Shown piece by piece: positions 32,201-44,234 of a stretch of DNA of 64,000 bases. Made by a program: the position numbers and the translations under genes. How positions within the stretch are numbered: position 1 is the stretch's first letter; the number at the start of each line of letters is the position of its first letter. This stretch comes from Mayamaea pseudoterrestris (lineage: Eukaryota): positions 1 to 64,000 of the forward strand of contig BROI01000011.1 of the NCBI GenBank assembly GCA_027923505.1. Reading direction: 5' to 3'. The notes under the pieces were generated by a model that worked only from the letters and a program-made list of their open reading frames with translations, was not told the DNA's origin and made no database searches.

Positions 32201-35200
32201 CACTGCAATTCTCACTGCCTCACTGCCTCACTGCAATCCTTACTGCAATTCTCACTGCCTCACTGCAATCCTCACTGCCTCACTGCAATTCTCACTGCCT
32301 CACTGCAATCCTCACTGCCTCACTGCCTCACTGCCTCACTGCAATTCTCACTGCCTCACTGCAATCCTCACTGCCTCACTGCAATTCTCACTGCCTCACT
32401 GCAATTCTCACTGCCTCACTGCCTCACTGCAATCCTCACTGCCTCACTGCAATTCTCACTGCCTCACTGCAATTCTCACTGCCTCACTGCAATCCTCACT
32501 GCCTCACTGCAATTCTCACTGCCTCACTGCCTCACTGCCTCACTGCCTCACTGCCTCACTGCAATCCTCACTGCCTCACTGCAATTCTCACTGCCTCACT
32601 GCAATTCTCACTGCCTCACTGCAATTCTCACTGCCTCACTGCCTCACTGCAATTCTCACTGCCTCACTGCAATCCTCACTGCCTCACTGCAATCCTCACT
32701 GCCTCACTGCCTCACTGCCTCACTGCAATTCTCACTGCCTCACTGCAATCCTCACTTCACCTCTCCTCCTACTCACCTCTCCCTGCCTCACTGCAATTCT
32801 CACTGCCTCACTGCAATTCTCACTGCCTCACTGCAATCCTCACTGCCTCACTGCCTCACTGCAATTCTCACTGCCTCACTGCATCACTGCCTGTCTCACT
32901 GCCTCACTGCAATTCTCACTGCCTCACTGCAATTCTCACTGCCTCACTGCCTCACTGCAATTCTCACTGCCTCACTGCAATCTCACCCTCACCGCCCACT
33001 GCCTCACTGCCTCACTGCAATTCTCACTGCCTCACTGCAATCCTCACTGCCTCACTGCAATTCTCACTGCCTCACTGCAATGCCTCACTGCAATTCTCAC
33101 TGCCTCACTGCAATCCTCACTGCCTCACTGCCTCACTGCCTCACTGCCTCACTGCAATTCTCACTGCCTCACTGCAATTCTCACTGCCTCACTGCAATTC
33201 TCACTGCCTCACTGCCTCACTGCAATTCTCACTGCCTCACTGCAATTCTCACTGCCTCACTGCCTCACTGACAGTCTCACTGCCTCACTGCAATTCTCAC
33301 TGCCTCACTGCAATCCTCACTGCCTCACTGCAATTCTCACTGCCTCACTGCAATTCTCACTGCCTCACTGCCTCACTGCAATTCTCACTGCCTCACTGCA
33401 ATTCTCACTGCCTCACTGCAATCCTCACTGCCTCACTGCCTCACTGCCTCACTGCAATTCTCACTGCCTCACTGCAATCCTCACTGCCTCACTGCAATTC
33501 TCACTGCCTCACTGCAATTCTCACTGCCTCACTGCCTCACTGCAATCCTCACTGCCTCACTGCAATTCTCACTGCCTCACTGCAATCCTCACTGCCTCAC
33601 TGCCTCACTGCAATTCTCACTGCCTCACTGCAATCCTCACTGCCTCACTGCAATTCTCACTGCCTCACTGCCTCACTGCAATTCTCACTGCCTCACTGCA
33701 ATCCTCACTGCCTCACTGCCTCACTGCCTCACTGCCTCACTGCAATTCTCACTGCCTCACTGCAATCCTCACTGCCTCACTGCAATTCTCACTGCCTCAC
33801 TGCAATTCTCACTGCCTCACTGCCTCACTGCAATTCTCACTGCCTCACTGCAATCCTCACTGCCTCACTGCCTCACTGCAATTCTCACTGCCTCACTGCA
33901 ATCCTCACTGCCTCACTGCAATCCTCACTGCCTCACTGCAATTCTCACTGCCTCACTGCCTCACTGCAATTCTCACTGCCTCACTGCAATCCTCACTGCC
34001 TCACTGCCTCACTGCCTCACTGCCTCACTGCAATTCTCACTGCCTCACTGCAATCCTCACTGCCTCACTGCAATTCTCACTGCCTCACTGCAATTCTCAC
34101 TGCAATTCTCACTGCCTCACTGCAATCCTCACTGCCTCACTGCAATCCTCACTGCCTCACTGCCTCACTGCAATTCTCACTGCCTCACTGCAATTCTCAC
34201 TGCCTCACTGCAATTCTCCCAGTCTCACTGCCTCACTGCAAGCCTCCCTCCCTCACTGCCTCACTGCCTCACTCACTGCCTCACTGCCACCCTCACTGCC
34301 TCACTGCAATCCTCACTGCCTCACTGCCTCACTGCCTCACTGCAATTCTCACTGCCTCACTGCAATTCTCACTGCCTCACTGCAATTCTCACTGCCTCAC
34401 TGCAATTCTCACTGCAATCCTCACTGCCTCACTGCAATCCTCACTGCCTCACTGCAATTCTCACTGCCTCACTTCCTCCCTGCAATGCCTGCGCAATTCT
34501 CACTGCCTCACTGCAATCCTCACTGCCTCACTGCCACACTGCCTCACTGCAATTCTCACTGCCTCACTGCAATCCTCACTGCCTCACTGCAATTCTCACT
34601 GCCTCACTGCAATTCTCACCACTGCAATTCTCACTGCCTCACTGCCTCACTGCCTCACTGCAATCCTCACTGCCTCACTGCCTCACTGCCTCACTGCAAT
34701 CCTCACTGCCTCACTGCCTCACTGCAATTCTCACTGCCTCACTGCAATTCTCACTGCCTCACTGCCTCACTGCAATTCTCACTGCCTCACTGCAATCCTC
34801 ACTGCCTCACTGCAATTCTCACTGCCTCACTGCAATTCTCACTGCCTCACTGCCTCACTGCAATTCTCACTGCCTCACTGCAATCCTCACTGCCTCACTG
34901 CCTCACTGCCTCACTGCAATTCTCACTGCCTCACTGCAATTCTCACTGCCTCACTGCAATTCTCACTGCCTCACTGCCTCACTGCAATTCTCACTGCCTC
35001 ACTGCAATTCTCACTGACTCACTGCCTCACTGCAATTCTCACTGCCTCACTGCAATCCTCACTGCCTCACTGCAATCCTCACTGCCTCACTGCAATCCTC
35101 ACTGCCTCACTGCAATTCTCACTGCCTCACTGCAATTCTCACTGCCTCACTGCAATCCTCACTGCCTCACTGCAATTCTCACTGCCTCACTGCAATTCTC

Positions 35201-35628
35201 ACTGCCTCACTGCAATCCTCACTGCCTCACTGCAATTCTCACTGCCTCACTGCAATCCTCACTGCCTCAGCTCCTCACTGCCTCACTCACACTGCCATCA
35301 CTGCTTCTCACTGCCTCACTGCAATTCTCACTGCCTCACTGCAATTCTCACTGCTCCGCAATCCCTCACTGCCTCACTGCCTCACTGCAACCACTGCCTC
35401 ACTGCCCACTCACACTCCTCCCTGGACTCACTGCCTCACTGCAATTCCTCACTGCACTGCCACACTGCAATTCTCACTGCCTCACTGCCTCACTGCAATT
35501 TCACTCACTGCAACTCCCTCACTGCCTCACTGCAATCCTACCCCCCTGCCTCACTGCCTCCACACCCACTGCCTCACTGCCTCACTGCAATTCTCACTGC
35601 CTCACTGCACATCTCACTGCCTCACTGC
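29249..35628 (+). repeat. Satellite II block 2
   Basis: Same three-word array and orientation as block 1, about 6.4 kb. Confidence 0.97.
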
Positions 35629-35632
35629 GTGG

Positions 35633-38600
35633 CATAATTTGGGGTGTTGGCCACACCCATTTTGCAGATGGTGTAGGCCTCCAGGCAGTCCGTTTTGCAC
35701 CATTTCAGCCCATCCTCATGTCAATGGCACACCCTGGACATGTTTTGTCTGACTCATTGGGTTGTTGGGTGGCCAGGGCATGGGGCATTGTAGTGGTATG
35801 ATTCCATAATTTGGGGTGTTGGCCACACCCATCTTGTAGACCATTCCATGCTGTAGGCCTCCAGGCAGTCCATTTTGTACCATGTCAGACCATCCTCATG
35901 TCAATGGCACACCCTGGACATGTTTTGCCTGACTCATTGGGTTGTTGGGTGGCCAGGGCATGGGGCATTGTAGTGGTATGATTCCATAATTTGGGGTGTT
36001 GGCCACACCCATCTTGTAGACCACTCCATGCTGTAGGCCTCCAGGCAGTCCGTTTTGTACCATGTCAGACCATCCTCATGTCAATGGCACACCCTGGACA
36101 TGTTTTGCCTGACTCATTGGGTTGTTGGGTGATCAGGGCACGGGGCATTGTAGTGGTATGATTCCATAATTTGCGGTGTTGGCCACACCCATTTTGCAGA
36201 TGGTGTAGGCCTCCAGGCAGTCCGTTTTGCACCATTTCAGCACATCCTCATGTCAATGGCACACCCTGGACATGTTTTGCCTGACTCATTGGGTTGTTGG
36301 GTGGCCAGGGCATGGGGCATTGTAGTGGTATGATTCCATAATTTGGGGTGTTGGCCACACCCATCTTGTAGACCATTCCATGCTGTAGGCCTCCAGGCAG
36401 TCCGTTTTGTACCATGTCAGACCATCCTCATGTCAATGGCACACCCTGGACATGTTTTGCATGACTCATTGGGTTGTTGGGTGATCAGGGCACGGGGCAT
36501 TGTAGTGGTATGATTCCATAATTTGGGGTGTTGGCCACACCCATTTTGCAGATGGTGTAGGCCCTCCAGGCAGTCTGTTTTGCACCATTTCAGACCATCC
36601 TCATGTCAACGGCACACCCTAGACATGTTTTGCATGACTCATTGGGTTGTTGGGTGGCCAGGGCATGGGGGATTGTAGTGGTATGATTCCATAATTTGGG
36701 GTGTTGGCCACACTTATCTTGTAGACCATTCCATGCTGTAGGCCTCCAGGCAGTCCGTTTTGTACCATGTCAGACCATCCTCATCAGGCACACCCTGGAC
36801 ATTTTTGCATGACTCATCATAATTTGGGGTGTTGGCCACACCCATTTTGCAGATGGTGTAGGCCTCCAGGCAGTCCGTTTTGCACCATTTCAGCCCATCC
36901 TCATGTCAATGGCACACCCTGGACATGTTTTGTCTGACTCATTGGGTTGTTGGGTGGCCAGGGCATGGGGCATTGTAGTGGTATGATTCCATAATTTGGG
37001 GTGTTGGCCACACCCATCTTGTAGACCATTCCATGCTGTAGGCCTCCAGGCAGTCCATTTTGTACCATGTCAGACCATCCTCATGTCAATGGCACACCCT
37101 GGACATGTTTTGCCTGACTCATTGGGTTGTTGGGTGGCCAGGGCATGGGGCATTGTAGTGGTATGATTCCATAATTTGGGGTGTTGGCCACACCCATCTT
37201 GTAGACCACTCCATGCTGTAGGCCTCCAGGCAGTCCGTTTTGTACCATGTCAGACCATCCTCATGTCAATGGCACACCCTGGACATGTTTTGCCTGACTC
37301 ATTGGGTTGTTGGGTGATCAGGGCACGGGGCATTGTAGTGGTATGATTCCATAATTTGCGGTGTTGGCCACACCCATTTTGCAGATGGTGTAGGCCTCCA
37401 GGCAGTCCGTTTTGCACCATTTCAGCACATCCTCATGTCAATGGCACACCCTGGACATGTTTTGCCTGACTCATTGGGTTGTTGGGTGGCCAGGGCATGG
37501 GGCATTGTAGTGGTATGATTCCATAATTTGGGGTGTTGGCCACACCCATCTTGTAGACCATTCCATGCTGTAGGCCTCCAGGCAGTCCGTTTTGTACCAT
37601 GTCAGACCATCCTCATGTCAATGGCACACCCTGGACATGTTTTGCATGACTCATTGGGTTGTTGGGTGATCAGGGCACGGGGCATTGTAGTGGTATGATT
37701 CCATAATTTGGGGTGTTGGCCACACCCATTTTGCAGATGGTGTAGGCCCTCCAGGCAGTCTGTTTTGCACCATTTCAGACCATCCTCATGTCAACGGCAC
37801 ACCCTAGACATGTTTTGCATGACTCATTGGGTTGTTGGGTGGCCAGGGCATGGGGGATTGTAGTGGTATGATTCCATAATTTGGGGTGTTGGCCACACTT
37901 ATCTTGTAGACCATTCCATGCTGTAGGCCTCCAGGCAGTCCGTTTTGTACCATGTCAGACCATCCTCATCAGGCACACCCTGGACATTTTTGCATGACTC
38001 ATCTGGCGGTCCGTTTTTGCAGACCATCCTCTCTCACCCTGGACATGTTTTGCATGACTCATTGGGTTGTTGGGTGATCAGGGCACGGGGCATTGTAGTG
38101 GTATGATTCCATAATTTGGGGTGTTGGCCACACCCATCTTGCAGACCATTCCATGCTGTAGGCCTCCAGGCAGTCCGTTTTGCACCATGTCAGACCATCC
38201 TCATGTCAATGGCACACCCTGGACATGTTTTGCCTGACTCATTGGGTTGTTGGGTGGCCAGGGCATGGGGCATTGTAGTGGTATGATTCCATAATTTGGG
38301 GTGTTGGCCACACCCATCTTGCAGACCATTCCATACTGTAGATCTCCAGGCAGTCCGTTTTGCACCATGTCAGACCATCCTCATGTCAATGGCACACCAA
38401 GGACATGTTCTGCATGACTCATTGGGTTGTTGGGTGATCAGGGCACGGGGCATTGTAGTGGTATGATTCCATAATTTGGGGTGTTGGCCACACCATTTTG
38501 CAGATGGTGTAGGCCTCCAGGCAGTCTGTTTTGCACCATTTCAGACCATCCTCATGTCAATGGCACACCCTGGACATGTTTTGCCTGACTCATTGGGTTG

Positions 38601-40238
38601 TTGGGTGGCCAGGGCACGGGGCATTGTAGTGGTATGATTCCATAATTTGGGGTGTTGGCCACACCCATTTTGCAGATGCTGTAGGCCTCCAGGCAGTCCG
38701 TTTTGCACCATGTCAGACCATCCTCGTGTCCATGGCACACCCTGGACATGTTTTGCATGACTCATTGGGTTGTTGGGTGGCCAGGGCATGGGGCATTGTA
38801 GTGGTATGATTCCATAATTTGGGGTGTTGGCCACACCCATCTTGTAGACCATTCCATGCTGTAGGCCTCCAGGCAGTCCGTTTTGCACCATGTCAGACCA
38901 TCCTCGTGTCCATGGCACACCCTGGACATGTTTTGCATGACTCATTGGGTTGTTGGGTGATCAGGGCTTGGGGCATTGTAGTGGTACGATTCATAATTTG
39001 GGGTGTTGGCCACACCCATTTTGCAGATGGTGTAGGCCTCCAGGCAGTCCATTTTGCTCCATTGCAGACCATCCTCATGTCAATGGTACACCCTGGACAT
39101 GTTTTGCCTGACTCATTGGGTTGTTGGGTGGCCAGGGCATGGGGCATTGTAGTGGTATGATTTCATAATTTGGGGTGTTGGCCACACCCATCTTGCAGAC
39201 CATTCCATGCTGTTGATCTCCAGGCACTCCGTTTTGCAGCATGTCAGACCATCCTCATGTCAATGGTACACCATGGACATGTTCTGCATGACTCATTGGG
39301 TTGTTGGGTGATCAGGGCACGGGGCATTGTAGTGGTATGATTCCATAATTTGGGGTGTTGGCCACACCCATTTTGCAGATGGTGTAGGCCTCCAGGCAGT
39401 CCGTTTTGCACCATTTCAGACCATCCTCATGTCAATGGCACACCCTGGACATGTTTTGCCTGACTCATTGGGTTGTTGGGTGGCCAGGGCACGGGGCATT
39501 GTAGTGGTATGATTCCATAATTTGGGGTGTTGGCCACACCCATTTTGCAGACGGTGTAGGCCTCCAGGCAGTCCGTTTTGCACCATTTCAGACCATCCAC
39601 ATGTCAATGGCACACCCTGGACATGTTTTGCCTGGCTCATCGGGTTGTTGGGTGGCCAGGGCATGGGGCATTGTAGTGGTATGATTCAACAATTTGGGGT
39701 GTTGGCCACACCCATTTTGCAGATGGTGTAGGCATCCAGGCAGTCCGTTTTGCACCATTTCAGACCATCCACATGTCAATGGCACACCCTGGACATGTTT
39801 TGCCTGGCTCATCGGGTTGTTGGGTGGCCAGGGCATGGGGCATTGTAGTGGTATGATTCAACAATTTGGGGTGTTGGCCACACCCATCTTGTAGAAAATT
39901 CCATGCTGTAGGCCTCCAGGCAGTCTGTTTTGTACCATGTCAGACCATCCTCATGTCGATGGCACACCCTGGACATGTTTTGCATGACTCACTGGGTTGT
40001 TGGGTGATCAGGGGACGGGGCATTGTAGTGGTATGATTCCATAATTTGGGGTGTTGGACACACCCATTTTGCAGATGGTGTAGGCCTCCAGGCAGTCCGT
40101 TTTGCACCATTTCAGCCCATCCTCATGTCAACGGCACACCCTGGACATGTTTTGCCTGACTGATTGGGTTGTTGGGTGGCCAGGGCACGGGGCATTGTAG
40201 CGGTATGATTCCATAATTTGGGGTGTTGGCCACACCCA
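35633..40238 (+). repeat. Satellite I proximal block (~26 monomers)
   Basis: Same 172/180-bp monomers and orientation as 170-2219; more substitutions towards the gene side. Confidence 0.96.
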
Positions 40239-40638
40239 CACCGCCTGTCCCACTTTGAATCTGGCATGACGTACTTAATAGATCTAGTGTTTTAAATCTT
40301 TAGTTTCTTCCTTCTGTGCGCTATAAACTGGAACGATGGATGCTGCTGCAAATGGTGGATGGTTGGTCGATCCGCGGCGTCGTGAAAACCTGGAAAATCT
40401 GAAATGAAATGGCAATATATGCTCGTGTTGCTTCGTTTGATGTTGATGGTAGTCCACAGAAGTTAGTTGGACGATCGAGTCAATTTTGGAAGGTTCGCAC
40501 CGTGTCTCGTTTGAACCGCATGCAAGCCTTGCTCACACTGTGGGTAATATAGTTGCGGTGACAACGATAACCGCTGCGATACGCTTGAAACCGAGAGCGC
40601 GCTGAAGGATCGCATCAACTTGCTCACATGCATGCACC

Positions 40639-41469
40639 ATGATGCTGCGGTCTCTCTTGATCCTTCTTTCATGTTGCTTTGCATTTGTGCGAGGCTTTCA
40701 AACAGATTCGAGACTGGGGAGACATAGGACAAGTAGTTGCATGAGAGTGATTTACTGTCGACCTTGCGCTGAGGATTATGGTATATCAACCTCGCGTCAT
40801 CAATCTCGACGAGCAATCTTTCGTCAGTCTTTCCTCGCCGCCATTACCACTGCTGCACTCACTCCAGCAGCCATTGCTTTTGAAGGAGGCGTTGGAGGCT
40901 TGGGAAAGACTAGACCAGAAACTGGATTAATTTTCTTGAGCGATCCAATCTCCAGCAATGGAATCGTGAGCGGCGAGTTACTGCTGCCCGACGCATCGGC
41001 TCTACTCGTCAACTTTGAGACGCCAAAGAGCTGGCCGCTATTGACTGGAAATGGATTAGACGCAAGAGATTTGCAGACTGGGGACTCTGCCTTTGTGCAA
41101 ATTGTAAAAAAGGCCAAGCAGCCAACGTCGTCCGATCAGCTCAAGCTTGTGTTACTTGATTCAGTGCTCTCCATCAAGGGCAAGTTTGGAGCCTACGGGT
41201 CGCCCACTGACATTAAAGTCAAGTCAACGGATACACTTGATATATTTGCAGTTTCATTTACGACTCTGACTCCAGGTCAGCGCGAGTCGGAGCGCAAATT
41301 GTACGTCAAGGCGCAGGCGGTCGGCTCGTCGCTCTTGCTCTTCGCCGTTGGTAGCACTAGGCAGCGATTCATTTCCCAGGAAGCCACCTTTCGACGCATT
41401 ATTGATAGCTTTCTAGCGGTTCCGGCGCCAGCGTCGAACTTGTCGTCTCGTTTATGGATAGGACAATAG
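40639..41469 (+). CDS. PsbP-domain-like thylakoid lumen protein with tripartite targeting
   Basis: Signal peptide ending VRG|F, transit peptide, twin-arginine SRR...AIA signal, then a mature domain starting FEGGVGGLGK. Confidence 0.65.
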   Translation: MMLRSLLILLSCCFAFVRGFQTDSRLGRHRTSSCMRVIYCRPCAEDYGISTSRHQSRRAIFRQSFLAAITTAALTPAAIAFEGGVGGLGKTRPETGLIFLSDPISSNGIVSGELLLPDASALLVNFETPKSWPLLTGNGLDARDLQTGDSAFVQIVKKAKQPTSSDQLKLVLLDSVLSIKGKFGAYGSPTDIKVKSTDTLDIFAVSFTTLTPGQRESERKLYVKAQAVGSSLLLFAVGSTRQRFISQEATFRRIIDSFLAVPAPASNLSSRLWIGQ

Positions 41470-41676
41470 TGCTTGGTGCGAGTGCGAGTCAAACTACCCA
41501 GAGTCGATGCTGCAGTGGCAACTGCTGCAAGTGATCGACGCGAAAATAATCGACGCGCTTACTGTCATGCACCGTAAAGAATGTAGAGTAGTATAAATAT
41601 GATATAATGTTACATTATATGCGATCAATTCAATCAAATGAATCATCCGCAACCGTTCAAACACCAAAGCCTCTCA

Positions 41677-42664
41677 CTATCCACTCGACGCGCACGAGTA
41701 ATTATGCTGCGACAATATCAGCGCCACAATGAGTCCATACAAGGCCAGTGCTTCCGAAAAGATTAACATAATGAGCATGCCAACGTAGAGCTTGTTGGCT
41801 CCTTCCGTTGACGATGCTCTACCAAAGTCGTCTCCATCCGAACCTCCACCAGCGGCATTAGACGCCCACCACTTGCGTCCATCCGATGCCTTGGTTCCAA
41901 AGGCTCGAACGCCAACATCTCCTAGAATACCAATGGTACCGCCGGCAGCTAGACACGACAAGCCGCAACATAGTCCAGCTGCAAACTGTAAAGAAAAGGA
42001 TGATACGGCAGAAGGTGAGCATTTGCTCAAGGTGCACTCGACTCATCATTTACTTCATTCGCTCGCTCGCAACAATCAACGCACATGAGTATAACCATTA
42101 AAGGTCGAGTAGGCATTCCCCAGAGACGACGGAACTGTGATAGCTTGCGTGATAATGACAGAGACAATCAATCCATAAATGCCAAGCACTCCAGCCATGA
42201 CGATTGGAACAATATTCTTAATGACTCCAGCCGGATGATCAATTCCCATTTGACAAACGCCGAGTCCGGCGCGCCATGTTCCCCAGGCACTGCCCCATGC
42301 ACTGAGAATCATGCAACTGCTGGCGCCCAAGTAGCCGCTATAGTGACATTGATGATAATGATTGTGAATTGTAAATACCGCAGGAGCAAGTGTGGAATAA
42401 AAATAGAATAGATGGAGTGAGTGTTCATGACGACTGCAAGACGAGACAAGCATCGGCAATTCGCTCCAATGATCCTTCATTCAAATTGCTACATCCTGCA
42501 TCGCATTTCTTTCTTTCACTAATTGCAGCTGCTGCTGCTCATCGAATCTCCAAGTGCAAGCAGCGTGGAAGAAGGAAGGATCCTCGCCACTGCCATTCGA
42601 ATTATACTTACTAAGCGACGGCCCATGATGGACAAGTCTCGTATCCTGCTATTACTGTAGTCAT
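41677..42664 (-). CDS. V-type H+-ATPase proteolipid subunit c paralog A (exons 42664-42612, 42337-42085, 41985-41677; 204 aa)
   Basis: [17 protein letters not shown] and [23 protein letters not shown] introns restore the frame. Confidence 0.92.
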
Positions 42665-43226
42665 GATATATTCAAAGCTGTATCGTGTAGTCTTCTCGTT
42701 GCCTATTGCTTTCCCTCCTTCACCTGCAAGCTGGAAATCGATGTTGTTGTCGTCGGTCAACTCGTGCTTCCGCGACGAGACTCCTCCGCCGCGCCTCGCT
42801 CGAAAGGGATAACGCTTAGGGATAGCAGTATTCAACGCCAGGGCAATGCAAAAGAATTGGTCGTGCGTTAAGTAGAGAAAGTCACAACGGAAGCGTTTCA
42901 TTCCGGGCAATAGTGAATGTGACGAATACTTAGGGGTGACGGAGGGAGAAGCCGGTCACGGTCCGCCGCGCCATGAGAGGATGGTGCGAAAGGACGAGTC
43001 TTGGAGACGAAAAGTCGAGAGCCATATTGCGCATCGACCCTTGCTTGCTTGTATAGAGTGGAAATCCAGCTGCAAGCGACTGGCTCATCATTACCTCTTC
43101 TATCGAACAAATCGCTACATTGATTTGAACAGCAGCGAATCTCTGCTCGCTCCCTCGCTCGTCACACTGCTCAATCTCTCGACTGACTGCGACTCTCCAA
43201 TCATAATATCACTATTATAATATATC

Positions 43227-44051
43227 ATGGTCGACCAAATGACATTGGAAGTGGTGCAATGTCCATCCTGGGCGACGGCATTGGGATATGGAGGCGTTGC
43301 GGCTGCAGTTTGTTTATCCAATTGGGGGAGTGCGGTGAGTTTTCGAAAGATGCGGACGCTTGAAATTGAACAGGAGATGGAGACGAAAGCTAGAAATACA
43401 TTCGGAACTCAGTGGAAGAAGAAATAGACTATTATTGAGGCGTCGTCGCGTCACGTGATACTTGGCTCCATTTCAATTTTCTCACTCCGATTCTCCGTCC
43501 ACTCTCACGTATTGTGTATTCAGTGCGGAACATGGAAGTCAGGCATTAGCATACTACACACTGGCATTCGCCATCCGTCCTCCGTCATGAAGAATGTCAT
43601 TCCCATTGTCATGGCTGGTGTGATTGGCATTTATGGACTCATCGTTGGAGTGATTTTGGGACAATCCATTGTGCTGCCAACCAGTGACCGTGAAAATACC
43701 TACAGCACCTATAGTGGCATGGCGCATCTATGTGCTGGACTATGCTGTGGCATTTCCGGATTGGCAGCGGGAATTTGTATTGGGATTGTTGGTGACGCAG
43801 GTATTCGAGCCGTGGGTTACAGGGCGAGCGCCATGACGCTCTTTCCGTCGGATCGAGAGTCGGCGGGTTACAGCACCATTCCAGACAATGATGGAGGCGG
43901 CGGTGGAGCGTCGGAGGATATTAGTGGGAGTGACGATCAAAACAAACTCTTTGTGGGAATGCTCATCATGCTAATCTTTTCAGAGGCGCTGGCGCTGTAC
44001 GGAATGATTGTTGCGCTCATTGTCAGTCAACATTCCTACTCGTGTCTGTGA
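43227..44051 (+). CDS. V-type H+-ATPase proteolipid subunit c paralog B (exons 43227-43334, 43524-44051; 211 aa)
   Basis: VIPIVMAGVIGIYGLIV and [25 protein letters not shown]...CAG phase-0 intron. Confidence 0.92.
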
Positions 44052-44234
44052 GAGAAATGCAGCAAACGAGAGTACAACGAGGCAGTATCTGCAACTAATA
44101 GAGTAACAGTTTCATTGTCTGCTGTTTACGTTACTACAAAGTTTTGATAGTAGCAAAGGTTTTGATCTTTTGTTTTAAATGATTAAGGGGCCGCTTACAA
44201 TAACTCAATACACAATGTATACTTGTGAAACATT

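Noticed and set aside
30014..35801. 1085, 1854 and 438 aa repeat ORFs
   Set aside because: Same satellite II artefact.
38541..39894. Small ORFs in satellite I
   Set aside because: Chance open frames in tandem repeats, with no coding signature.
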